DNA from: Rebecca billardiae RCC1528
Lineage: Eukaryota > Protista > Haptophyta
NCBI GenBank assembly: GCA_965240325.2
Contig: OZ251225.1
Location: 2,728,001 to 2,792,000 of the forward strand
Direction of reading: 5' to 3'
DNA: 64,000 nucleotides
This document shows, piece after piece, positions 19,998 through 33,900 of the stretch. Below the pieces are notes generated by a model. That model ran no database searches. It had not been told where the DNA came from and saw only the letters and a list, made by a program, of their open reading frames with translations. The translations under genes and the position numbers were made by a program. The first letter of the stretch is position 1. Each line of letters opens with the position of its first letter.

Positions 19998-22900
19998 TCA
20001 CGGAAGAAATAGCATACTACTACCCTCGGCGCTCGAGCGCCCCGACTCACGCGCCGACTCCTCTTCGGCGCTTCGCTGCACCGCGGGCAGCAGGTCGCGC
20101 ACGACAGAGTTCACCAGTGGCGCGCCCGCGAGCTCGACCGCGTGGAGGAGCGCGCGCAGCCCGTCGTCCAAGCGCGACGCGCTCGCCGAGCTGCGCAGCG
20201 TGTCCGCCACGTGGAACGCGTCGAAGGCCGCGACCGCGCTGCGCCGCTCCTCCTCGGTGCGGCCGATCACCATCACCTCCACGTCCTCGACCGAGCCGCC
20301 CGTCGCGCGCCACGCGAGCAGCCCGCCCACGCACGCGAGCCGCTCGGTGAAGCTCGGTCCGACGACGCACAGCAGCCGGGCCGAACGGCACATCGCAACC
20401 ACGCTGTGCTCGAGGGCTTGCTGCCTGTCCAGGCTCGGGTCGGCCGAGATCGCGTCGAACCACACGCGCGGCCACGCGCCCGTGAGCGCGTGCTGCCGCC
20501 GCGCCCACAGCTGCAGCGCGCGCGCGCGCTGCTTGGGGTCATCCCGGTGCGAGTGGAGAATGAACACGCCGATCCGCTCCGGCGCGAGCGAGCGGTCTGC
20601 GGTCGGGTCGACCCGGGTGGTCGAGAGACTCATGTCGTACACCTGCGCCCAGTGCGGCGAGATGGTGCTCGACCTCGCGGCCCTCGTGGCGGAGGGGATG
20701 GAGGGCCACGCGAGGAGGCGGCACGCCGAGCGCAGCGGCTGCACGACCAGCGAACGGAGCAGCGGCCGGAGCCGCCAGCAGCGGCGCGGCTCGGCCGCCG
20801 TCGGCTCGAGCAGCTGGGCAACACCACGCTGCCGGCCGTCGCTCCCGTCGGCCACAGCAGTGGGCAGCTGAATCGTGCGTAGCGCTTCGGGCGAGAGCTC
20901 CGCGCCGCGCAGCACGCGTAGCTCCTGCGTGACGAGCAGCCGCGGCGCCCGCACCGCGCCGCCCTCGCCGTGGCCGATGAGCGGCGCCAGGGCCGCGCCC
21001 AGCCGGTCGGCCTCGGACACGGCCGCCGAGCCACACGCCGTGCGCGTGAGCATGGCGTGCGCGCGCGCGCGCGAGTCTGGCATTGCGTACAGCCACAGCA
21101 GGCCGAGCAGCAGCAGCCAAAAGATGGCGATGGCGGGCAGCATGGCTGCCGAGTCCGCTACGCCTTGGCGCCGCTCGTCGATGCACCGACCGAAGATGAA
21201 CGTCGCAGCGGGCATGCTCATGGTATGCGCGGTCAAGTGCGAGCACCACCAGAGCGCCTCGATGCGCAGCGTCTGCGAGGGCACCGGCGCAAGCTTACGA
21301 GTGCGAGCCCACACGTGCGCCAGCCCGAGCGCGAGGTACACAGCCACGCAGTTGTACACGATGAGCCGAACGCCGTTGGCCACGTGCATGGCGTCGGTGG
21401 CGGTCGTGCCGCAGAATTGGATGGAGCCTGGCTCGGCAGCGAGCATGCGCGGGATGAGCGGCGTTGTGATCATCAGTGTCGTGCCCAGGGCGATGAGAAG
21501 CAGCACCGTGTACACGGTTGTAGGGAGCCGGTGCGACTCGGTCGGCTGCAGCGCGAGTGTGATGAGCGTGTGCGAGAGCTGAGCCACCGTTGCAGTGGAG
21601 AGCCCGAACACGCCCCATGCGCCGCGCAGCCTCCCGGTCGCCGAGACGAACGCGTACCCACCAAAGACGAGCACGCTCAAAAGCATGCCGCTCAGCGCGG
21701 CCACGCGCGTCACGTACTCCAGGATCGCTCGCATCGTGAACACCGAGCTCTCGAGCAGCGCAATCATGTGCTCGGGGGATAGCACGCCGCTGCCAGCGTC
21801 GTCGTTCGGCCCGGCTGCCCGCAGGCCGCTCTCGCGGCGGCGCGCCCGTTCGGCAGACCTGCTCGCGATATTGGGCATGCCTTGCGACGTGCGCAGCTCG
21901 TGCTGGTCGTGCCGCTCGATCCTCGCCGTGAGCTGGCGCTGGAATGAGCTCGACGGGAGGCGGCGGCGGCTCGTTGCATCTGAAGGGGCAGCCGTGGTCG
22001 ACGCCGTTGCCCTGACCACATCATCTGCCAAGCAGTGGCGGCGCGGGCGCAAGGGCCGGCAGCACACGGCAGCGCAGGGCGCGAGGTGAGCCGGCGGCCG
22101 CGCGGAGGGCTCGCACGAGCGCGCGTCGCGCGCCACGGCGCCGCGCGCCCGCAGGCCGCACGCACGATACACGTTGCGCAGCAGCTGCATCACGAGCTCG
22201 ACGCCGACGGAATGCTCGGCGGTCAGGAAGAGCGCGTGCGCCGTGGCGGGCGTGCTGGGTGGCCTTCGGATGTCCGCGCGCGGGACGCGCGCAAAGGTCT
22301 CCTCGAGCCGCCCCGGCAGAGCGGCCATGAGCGCGCACACGTCGTACGGCTTCACAAAGCTGTGATTGTGATGAACACCGGGCACCGCGCGCGCACGGCG
22401 CGGAGCGCGGGGCAAGCATGCTGATCAGACAGGCTCGGCATGACATGCAGAGAGGTGCGGCGCATGCCGTGAGGGCGTGCGCGCGCCGGCGCGTGGCGGA
22501 GACCCGAGCGCTCGCGCGGCGCGCACCCGTTCAGGTGCCTGAGCATGTTCTCATCCGTGCCCAAGCCGTCGAGGCCGCGCGCCTCGAACTCGGCCGCGCC
22601 CACGCCGCAGAAGGTCTCAAAGTACCACTGCTTGGTGCAGCGCGCGGGCAGCTTGCCCGCGCACAGCCGCTGCCAGAGGCCCTCGAGGCCGAGGAACTGC
22701 GCATTGGCGAGGTAGGCCATCACCTGCGCGGCCAGCGATGCGCGAGTCGTGCCGTGAGAAGCAGTCCGGTCGTGAAATCACGGTGAGGGCTGGCTGATAA
22801 GTGTACAACACTCGCCATCGTCGACGGCCGCATGACCCACGGCCGCAGTCGAGAACGGGCGCGCGCGGGACGAACTGGTGCGCGCGCGCGGCGCACGCGC

Positions 22901-23568
22901 GCGCGCACCGGTGAGTTCGTGCGCTCGGCGAAGGATCGCGCGAGCTGCATGGGCAGCAGCGGCACCGCGTGTCGGCTCACGGCGGTGAGCGGCATCCCAT
23001 GCCAGAAGCAGAACGAGTACACGTCAGCGGCTGCGTCGCGGTCGAGCTCGTTGTTGGCGGACGAGTCGGGCTTCCAGCTGCTCGTGGCCTCGTCGTACGT
23101 GAGCCCGGCCTGCACGACCACGCGCGCCACCTTGCGCAGCACCAGCGTCCGGTCCGCCAAGATGGCATCCGCCAAGTCGCGCAAGCTCGAGATGCACACG
23201 ATGTACACTGACCCATTGCTCGCGGACTCGAGCGTGCTCATCAGAGCGCCGTGGCCATCGGGCTCGACGCGCGCTCTGTCGACGGCATCGAAGCCGGGAA
23301 GAGCGAACTCGTGCGGGGCGGGCTCGTACGCCGTCCCTTCCGAGCCCGCAGCCACTGGCACGGCGTGCGAGCCGATCGCGTCGAGCAGGCAGCGCGCGAG
23401 CTGCGCACGCCGCTCAGCCTGGCCGCCTCCGTTCGCGATGACGAGCCGCAGGTTCACATCGCCGCGCTTGTGCAGCGTGCCCGCGATGAGGATGGCCTTG
23501 ACGTCGTCGGGATCCGGGCCGGGGTCCGTGATCAGCACGATGTTGCGCGCGCTCTTCGCGGGCCACAT
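19998..23568 (-). CDS. Fusion protein: nucleoside-hydrolase (IU-NH)-like domain, ~5-6 TM, TIR-like domain; join(23568..22909,22723..22527,22359..22166,22024..19998), ~1025 aa
   Basis: N-terminal IVLITDPGPDPDD, LVIANGG, ISSLRDLA, ANNELD, PYD. Three GTGCG..AG introns keep the frame (3078 nt in total). Hydrophobic helices follow, then VFILHSHRDD...PRVWFDAIS...RSARLLCVVGPSFTERLAC, which is TIR_2-like. Confidence 0.7.
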
Positions 23569-23874
23569 CCTCGAGAGATGGGGCAAAGGAATCAAGGGGG
23601 GTGATGACTTGGGGTGATGTTGATCAGGTCATGAACAGGTCGATCGAGGATCTTCTCAAATCGCCTCGCTGATGATTCCCGGAGCACATACTTGATGATG
23701 ACGAATCTGCAGTGATTAATATGTCTGGCCTAAGCCTCGTGGTATGTTCGTACCCGCCTCGCTATTCACCAGCTATCATACCTGGTAAGTCGATCTTACA
23801 TGGGCGATTTGACAGCCCCGCCCACGCGCCACACCCTCATGACTCATCACCGTCAGGACCCCCACTCCCACTGG

Positions 23875-26498
<2,624 letters not shown>

Positions 26499-26719
26499 TG
26501 TGCCCGGGGCTGAGCCACTGGCCGGGGTCGACGAGCGAGCCTGGGCCGCGTGTCGGTGTGCCGGAAGCACGCGGCGTGCGCCGGGTCCGGAGCCCGTGGG
26601 GATTTTCCCGCCCGAGAGCGGGCGCGCGCCCGGCGCGAGGAAAAAGAAAAAAAGAAATGCCGCCGTGTCGAAAACGCGCGCGCCCGGATGCATCCGCGGT
26701 TGGCCCAGTGCGGATCGCG

Positions 26720-29700
26720 ATGCAGGCGCTGGGCGACAACCTTGGCGCCCTCGCCGGCGCCGTCCAGCCGCTGCTGAGCGGGCTGTGGCGCTCAGAGGAG
26801 GCGCGCCGCTTCGACGCGCTCTACGCGGAGGACTCCCACCGGCCTCTTGGCTGCACCATCCGCCAGCTCGAGCGGCGCAGCGTCTCCGTCAGGCGGCTGC
26901 GCGCCGCGCTCGCGTGCGCGCGCGCGCTGTGTGAGGAGGAGCTCTGGGTGTCGGCCGCGCCCGGGCGCAGCGGCGAGCCGCTCGAGCCGGGCAGGCTCAC
27001 CGTCCGCGACGTCGAGCACCACCTTTTCCGCCCGTGTACCAAGCAGCGCCGCCTCTCCTTCGCCGAGCAGATGCACCACTTTCCGCCGTCCGAGCCCGCG
27101 CTCTGGTGCGTCTCGTACGCAGGCGACTGCCCGATGGAGGAGCTGGTGGACTGCGTGGCCCAGCACGCGCACGATCGGCGCATCACCGAGGAGGCCGCGG
27201 TGTACTGGGTGCGTGCCGCGCCGCGCCGCGCGCGCCGCGCCACCCGTGCGCCGCCGCGCGCCGCGCCGCCGCGCGGCCGCGCGCCGCGCGCCGCGTGCCG
27301 CGCCCGCACCGGCCACCCTCCCCACCGGCCGGCCTCCCTCCTGCTTGTCCGCGCAGCTGTGGGCGTGCGCGTCGAACCCGTACGACAAGTTCGACCTCGA
27401 GTCGTACGTGACGGGCGCGCGCGCGCTGCGCACGCTCCCGTTCGCGCGCGCGCTGCGCACCGCTGACGGCGCGCTCAGTGTGCTGGACGGCCGAGGCGCT
27501 GCGCTGGGCCGCGCGTGGTGGGCGGTGGAGCTGGCCATCGCGGTCGGCCCGGATGCGGACGTGGACGCGGCGCGGCCGCTGGTCTCCAGCCGCAACGTGC
27601 TCACCGTCGACGCGCTCGCCACGCGGCGCAACTCCGCGCGCAAGGCGGCGCCCTCGCGACTCGAGACGAGCGGTCGTGGCCGGCGTCGGCGCGGCAAACA
27701 CGCCGCGGCGCGCGAGCGCGCGGAGGCGGAGGCCGCGGAGTTGGCGGGGCGGGCAGACATGGACACGACGCTGGCGCTGCTCGAGAACCCGCGCGCGCTG
27801 CACGACGTGTACGCGCCGATCTCCGAGGCCGACTGGGGCATGCGCGCCGTCGGCGCGCTCGACGGCCTTGGCCCCGTTGACGGCGGGCTCGAGCCAATCA
27901 AAGCGCAGCGCGAGCGGAGGTTTCCGCGAACGCTCGCGGCGCGCGCGCTCGACTTCGAGTGGGCGGCGGCGCGCGCGGGCGACGGCGGGCCGGCGGGGAA
28001 GCTCGACGAGAAGCGCGAGCTCTCGCGCCTCGTCGGCGACGAGGGCGCCGTCCGTGCGCTCGAGGCCACCGTCCGCGCGCGCGTCGCGAGTGTGGTTCTG
28101 CCGCGGCTGCTCTCGGCGCCACTGCCGGAAGGCGCGATGGCGCGGCGGATGGCGGAGGTGGGCGCGGAGGTGGACGCGCGGCGCGCGGAGGCGGGGGAGG
28201 ACGGCGGCGCCGAGGCGCGCGTGCTGGGCGCCACGCCGCCCGGCGGCGGCTGCGCGGCCGCGGCCTCGCGCCCGCCGCCCCCTGACAAGCTCCTTGCCAC
28301 CGCCATCGCCTTCGAGCTCGGTCGCTCGCGGCTGCGTACGGTGGCGCTTGGCTTCGAGCGGCACACGCTGCTGGGGCCGGCGCCGAGTACGGCGCTGGGC
28401 GCGGCGAGGGGCGGCTGGCTCCCCGGCGCGACGCTGGAGGAGCTCAGCATCACCGCGCTCGCGCTCCGCGGCCCCGCGCTCCGCGAGCTCAAGCGCGCGC
28501 TCGGCGCGTCCGCCGCGCCACTCGCAATCCTACGACTGACGCACTGCGGCCTTGACCCCGCGCACGCGCGCTCGCTCGGCAAGGGCATCGGCCGCGCGAG
28601 CTCGCTCAAGCTGGTCGACCTGCGGTGCGCGCCGCCGGAGCGCGCGCCCTTCCCCTCTTTGCGCGCCCGCGCGCGCGCCCGCTGCTGCGCTCAGCCGCGC
28701 GCCCTGCCCAGGCTGTCCGCAGCTGGACAGGGTGTGTGCGCAGGTGTGAGCCGCGCGCGGAGCTCACACACGCGCACACCCGCCCGCGCCGGGGCGCGCG
28801 CGCGCAGGAGCAACCGCATCGGGGACGCGGGCGCGGGCGCGGTGGGCGGCGCGCTCCGCGCGCACCCCGCAGTCGAGGTGCTCAACCTCGAGTGCGCGCG
28901 CGCCGCCCACCACGCCCGCGCCCGCGCCGCCGCCGCGGTTGCGCCGGCGGCTCCCGCGCGGCTGCTGCCGCCCAGCCTTGGCGCCTCTGCCACTCGCGCC
29001 GCCGTCGCCGGCCGCGCGCGCGCCACGCGCGCACTTACGCGCGCACCGGCGGCGCTCGCGCACGGCCGGCCGCGCGCGACCCGCGCAGGGACAACGACAT
29101 CGGCGACGGCGGCGCGGCGTCGCTCGGCGCCGCGCTCGCGTCGAACAGCGCGCTGATCGTCCTCGACTTGAGGTGCGCCGCGTGCGCCGTCCCGACTGGG
29201 CCGCGGCCGCGCGCCGCGCGCCGCGCGCCTGCGGTTGTCTGTGGACGATGTGCTCGCGCCCCTTGCATTCTTCCTTCTCGTGAGCTCAAGCATCATCTGC
29301 ATGGGCGTCCGTGTCACGCGGTGTCGGCCGGCGCCGCCGCTCTCCGAACCCGCCCGCTCGCCCTCGCCGTGCGCAGCTGCAACCGGCTGGGCAACAGCGG
29401 CGCGGCGAGCCTCGCGCGCGCCCTCGCCGCGCCCGCGAGCGCGCTCGAGGTCCTCGTCCTCGCAAACAACCGGATCGGCGACCCCGGACTCGAGGCGCTG
29501 TCCGGCTCGCTCAACGACTCGGCGACTCTTGCCGAACTCGACCTCCGAGGCAACAGACTGCTCGACGAGGGCGTGTGCGCGCTCGCGGACGCGCTCGTGG
29601 CCAACCGCACGCTGACGAACCTCAACCTGTCGTGCGCGCGCGTGCGCGTGCGCGCGCGGCGGCGGCGGCGGCTGCGAAGACGCGCGCGCCGGGAGGAGTG

Positions 29701-30664
29701 GGCGCGCCGAGCGCTCGGCGGACGGTGCACGCTCTGCGGCGCCGCGCCGCGCGCGCGCGCTGCCGTGACGCGCGCGCGCGCGCCGCGGTCCGCTGGTGCG
29801 CCGGCGCGGCTGCGCAGGGACAACGGCGTGGGCGACGAGGGCGCGCAGGCGCTGATGGACGTGATGCGCCGCACGGGCGGCCAGTCGGTCATCGCCTCCA
29901 TGTGCGCTGCGCGCGTGCGCGCTGCTGTGCGCCGCGGCCTCGCGCGCGCGCGGCCCCGCACGCACATGCGCTGACGGCGTGCGCGCACGGCGCGGCGCGG
30001 CGCTGCCTGCTGCTGTGCTGCCCTGTGGCTGTGCGCGCTGTTGCTACCCACCCGGCTGTTACCCACCCGGCTGCTACCCACCCGGCTACTACCCGGCTGC
30101 TGCCTACCCGGCTGCTACCCGGCTGCTACCCGGCTGCTACCCACCCGGCTGCTGCCCACCCGGCTGCTGCCGAGCAGGGTGAACATGTTCGGCGACCCGA
30201 CCAAGGAGCCGGCGCCGCAGCTGCGCCGCGCGGGGAGCCGCTCGAGCGCTTCGCTCGTGCGCTCGGAGAGCCGCACGCTCACGCGCTCGGAGAGCCGGAG
30301 CGCGCAGCAGGAGCTGCGCCGAACTGGCAGCCGCTCGGGCGCCGAGGGCGCGCGCCGCTCGCACGAGGTGCGGCGATCGCAGGAGAGCCGCAACGGCACG
30401 GAGAGCGTGGGCCGCTCGCAGGAGAGTCGCATGTCGTCCGAGTCGGCGGCGCGCGCGCCGCTCGTCTCGTTCAAGCTCACGCAGCCCGCGTCGGAGGAGG
30501 CGGGCGGCCTGCCGATGGAGCCGGCGGCGGGCCGGCCGCGCGGGCGCAGGGCGCGCACGCTCGTCAAGCTCAACCTGCGGTACAACTCGCTGACGGTCGG
30601 CGCGCAGAAGGCGCTGCGCACCGCCTGGCGGAGCTCGGGCCACCTGAGCGGGCTCTCGCTCTGA
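26720..30664 (+). CDS. TIR-like domain plus RNI-type LRR protein; join(26720..27208,27357..28624,28808..28891,29089..29172,29377..29631,29818..29901,30178..30664), ~916 aa
   Basis: WCVSYAG...YWLWACASNP...LSVLD...RAWWAVEL, then 28-aa LRRs (LxLxxNxIGDxG). Six GTGCG..CAG introns keep the frame (2751 nt in total). Confidence 0.75.
30042..30170. repeat. Intronic minisatellite, ~15-bp unit GCTACCCACCCGGCT and variants
   Basis: Read directly; lies inside intron 29902-30177. Confidence 0.85.
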
Positions 30665-30914
30665 GCGCCACGTTGAACGCGGCGGTGCAAAGTAGGAGCA
30701 CTGTCCTTTGCTCTTTGCATCTGCAGCGGCCCCGACGGGCGCCGAGCCGCCATCGTCAGAAGACGTCAACAGTTGTCGACCGGTCCGGACTTGTCAGGAG
30801 CCAGTCCGGCGCGCTGCAACAGCTAAAGCCGCCCCGCTCGGTCTGGGCGCGAGATGCAGCAGCACGCACGTCAGCGTGAGCGTGCCCCGACAGGCCTCGG
30901 TGCCATCTGCCGAG

Positions 30915-33900
30915 ATGCGTCGCCTCGGCGCGAGCGGCTCGCGCTGGAGCGTCGAGTTCCCACCGCCGCCCCCGCCGGCGCTCCTTGGCGCGATGCAGCC
31001 CTGGCTCGCCGCCCCCGACCTGCCCATCTCTGCCGCGGGGCGCACCGCCGCCGAGCTCCGCGCGCTGCTCCTGTCCTATGTCGACTGGAAGACAGCAATG
31101 GCCGCCGCGCCGCCGAGCGCGCGGCGGCGGCGGCGGCGGCTGGCGGCGGCGGCGATGCGGCGGTGGTGGACGCGCGCGACGCAGCGCCGTGTCTTCGTCG
31201 CCAAGCGCGCCGCGGCCTCCGCCGCCGGCCGCGTCGGCGACGCGATGCGCGCGTGGGCTGGGCAAGTGGCACGCGCGCGCCGCGCGTCGGCCGCGCGCGC
31301 GCTCGGCGACACGCGCAGCGCGGTGCGCCGGCGCGAGGCGCTGAGCCGCTGGCGCGCGGGCGCGCGACACGCCGCGCCCGCCGCGCGCCTGCTCGCCACC
31401 GCCTTCGCCGCGCGCCGCCGCGCCAGGCTCGCGCGCGGCGTGGCGGCGTGGCGCGTGGGCGGCGCGCGGCGCGCGGCCACGGCCGCGCGCGGCCGCGCGG
31501 CGCTGCGCGCGGCGGCGGCGGCGGCGCGCGGCCGCGCGGCGGCGCTCGTCGCGCGGTGGGACGCGGTGTGCGTCGGGCGCGAGCGCACGCGCGCCGCGCT
31601 GCGCACCGCCGCGCGCGTGCAGCTGGGGCGGCAGTGGCGTTCGCTGGTGACTGTGACCGCGGCCGCGGCCGCGGCGTCGGCGGATATGCGCGCGGCGGTG
31701 GAGGGCTCGGCGGCGCGCGCGCGGCTGGCGGCGGCGCGCGCGCTGGCGAGCTGGGCCGCGCGCTCGGGCGCGCAGCTCCGCGCGCGCACCGCCCTCGACC
31801 GCGGCCTCCGCCTCGCCGCGTGCCGACAGCTCGCGCGCGCGCGCGCGCACCGCGCGCCGCCGGCCGCGCCCGTGCCACCTGCGGAATGGCAGGCAGCGGT
31901 TGCAGCGGAGCTGCGGCTCGGCGCGCGGCTGCGGCCGGTGACGCGCGCGCGGCTGCTCGCGGCGTGGGTGCCGGCGTGGCGCGCGCTGCGCCGCGCCGCC
32001 GACGCGCGCGCGCGCGTGCGCGCCGAGCGCGCCGCCGCGCGCGCGCACGCGGCCGGCGGCGCGTGCGGTCGCGCGCTGCGCCGCTGGCAGCGCGCGCGGC
32101 GCGCGGCGCGCGCGGCCCTCGCCGATGCGCCGAGCGTGGCGCGCGCGGCGGTGCTCGGGCTGCAGGGCGCGCCCGCGGCGCTGCGCGCGTGGCGCGGCGC
32201 GCGCGCGCGCCGCGTGCGCCGAGCGCGCCGCGCGCAGCGCGCCGCCGAGCACGCCGCGGCGGCGGCGCTCGCGCGCGCGCTGCGCACGGCGCGCGTGCGC
32301 GGCGCGTGGGCGGCTTGCATGGCGACGCTGCGCGCGCGCGGCGCCGCGTGCGCGACGGCGCGCGCGGTGCAGCGGTGGGCGGAGGCGGCGCAGGAGGCGG
32401 TGGCCGCGGCGGGCGGCGACCCCGCCCTCGCCGCCGCGCGCGCCGCCGCCGCCGCGCGCCGCACCGCCGCGCGCCGCGAGCGCGCGGCCGCGGCGCGCGC
32501 GCGCGCGGCGCGCGGCGCGCGCGCGCGCGCGCTGCGCGCGTGGCGCGCCCGCGCGGCGCGCGGCGCGCGCGCGGCGGGCGCGGCGGCGGCGTTCGGCGCG
32601 CGCGCGCGCTCGGACGCGCTGCTCCGCTGGCACCGCGCCGCGAGCCTCTCTGCCGCGTGGCGCCGCGCCTTCGCGCACACGCGGCGCATCGGCCAGCGCG
32701 CCGGCGCCGCGCGCGCGCTCGGCGCGTGGGCGGCCGCGGCCGCGCGGCGCGGCGCAGCCGAGGCGGCGGCGCGCCGCGCGGCGAGCGCCGCGTGCGCGCG
32801 CTGGCGGTCGCGCGCGAGCGCGGCGGCGGTGGACAGCGCGCGCTCGCAGGCGACCACCGCGACCGCCATCGACGCCGCCGTGCGCGCCGCGCTGCGCACG
32901 TGGCGCGGCGGCTGCGCGCTGCGCGCCGCCGCCGCGCGCGAGCGGCTCGCGCGCTTTTCGCGACGTCGCGAGGCGCGCGCGGCGCGGCGCGCGCTCGGCG
33001 GCTGGCGCGCGCGCGCGCGCGCGGCGCGGGCGGAGGCCGCGCGCGTGGCGGGCGGCTCGCGCGTGCTGGGCGTGCGCCGCGCGGCGCGCGCGCTGCGCGA
33101 GTGGCACGCGCGCCGCGCCGCCGCCGACGACGCCGCCATCACCGCCGCCGAGCGCGCGCGCCGCGCCGCGTGCGCGCGCGCCGCGGCCGCGCTGCGTGGC
33201 TGGCGCGCGTGCACGGTGCACACTGCCACTCGGCGCGAGGGCGCGCGCGCGCTCGCGCGCGCGCGCGCGGCGCGCGGCGCGATCCGGCGGTGGGCCCGCT
33301 TCGCCGACTACGCCGTGTACGAGCGCCGCGTCTCCGCGCACCAGCGCGCCATCGGCGCGATACTGCATGAGCGGACGCTGCAACGCGCGCGCGTCGCGTC
33401 GCGCGCGCTCGACGCCGCGGCGCGCGCCGCCGCGGCCGCAGGCGGCGGCGGCGGCGGCGGCGAGTGGGGCAGCGGCGAGTGGGGCGGCGAGCTGGGCGAG
33501 TCGGCCGAGTCGAGCTGCGGCGGGCCGCTCGCCGCCGCCGCAGCCGCCGCGTCCACGCTCGCCGACCTCGCCGGCGGCGCCGCGCCGCGCACGCCTGCAA
33601 CCGCCGCGCACGCGCACGCGCACGCGCACGCGCCGCCGCCGCCGCCGTCGGCGGTTTTGGCCCGATTCGCGCCGCAGTCGGCCGTCGCCGCGTCGACCGC
33701 GGCGGCGCACGCGGCGCTGAACGCGCGCTCGCCGCCGTCGCGCGCAACGCCCGCGCGCAACGCGCGCACCGCCGCGCACGCCGCGCGCACACCATCGAGC
33801 GCTGCGCGGTTGTCGCCGCCGCTGCCGGCGCCGCCGGCCGCGGCGGGCGGCAGCGCCGCGCTGGCGGAGTTGGCGCGCGCGGCCGAGGCGGCGCGGCGCG

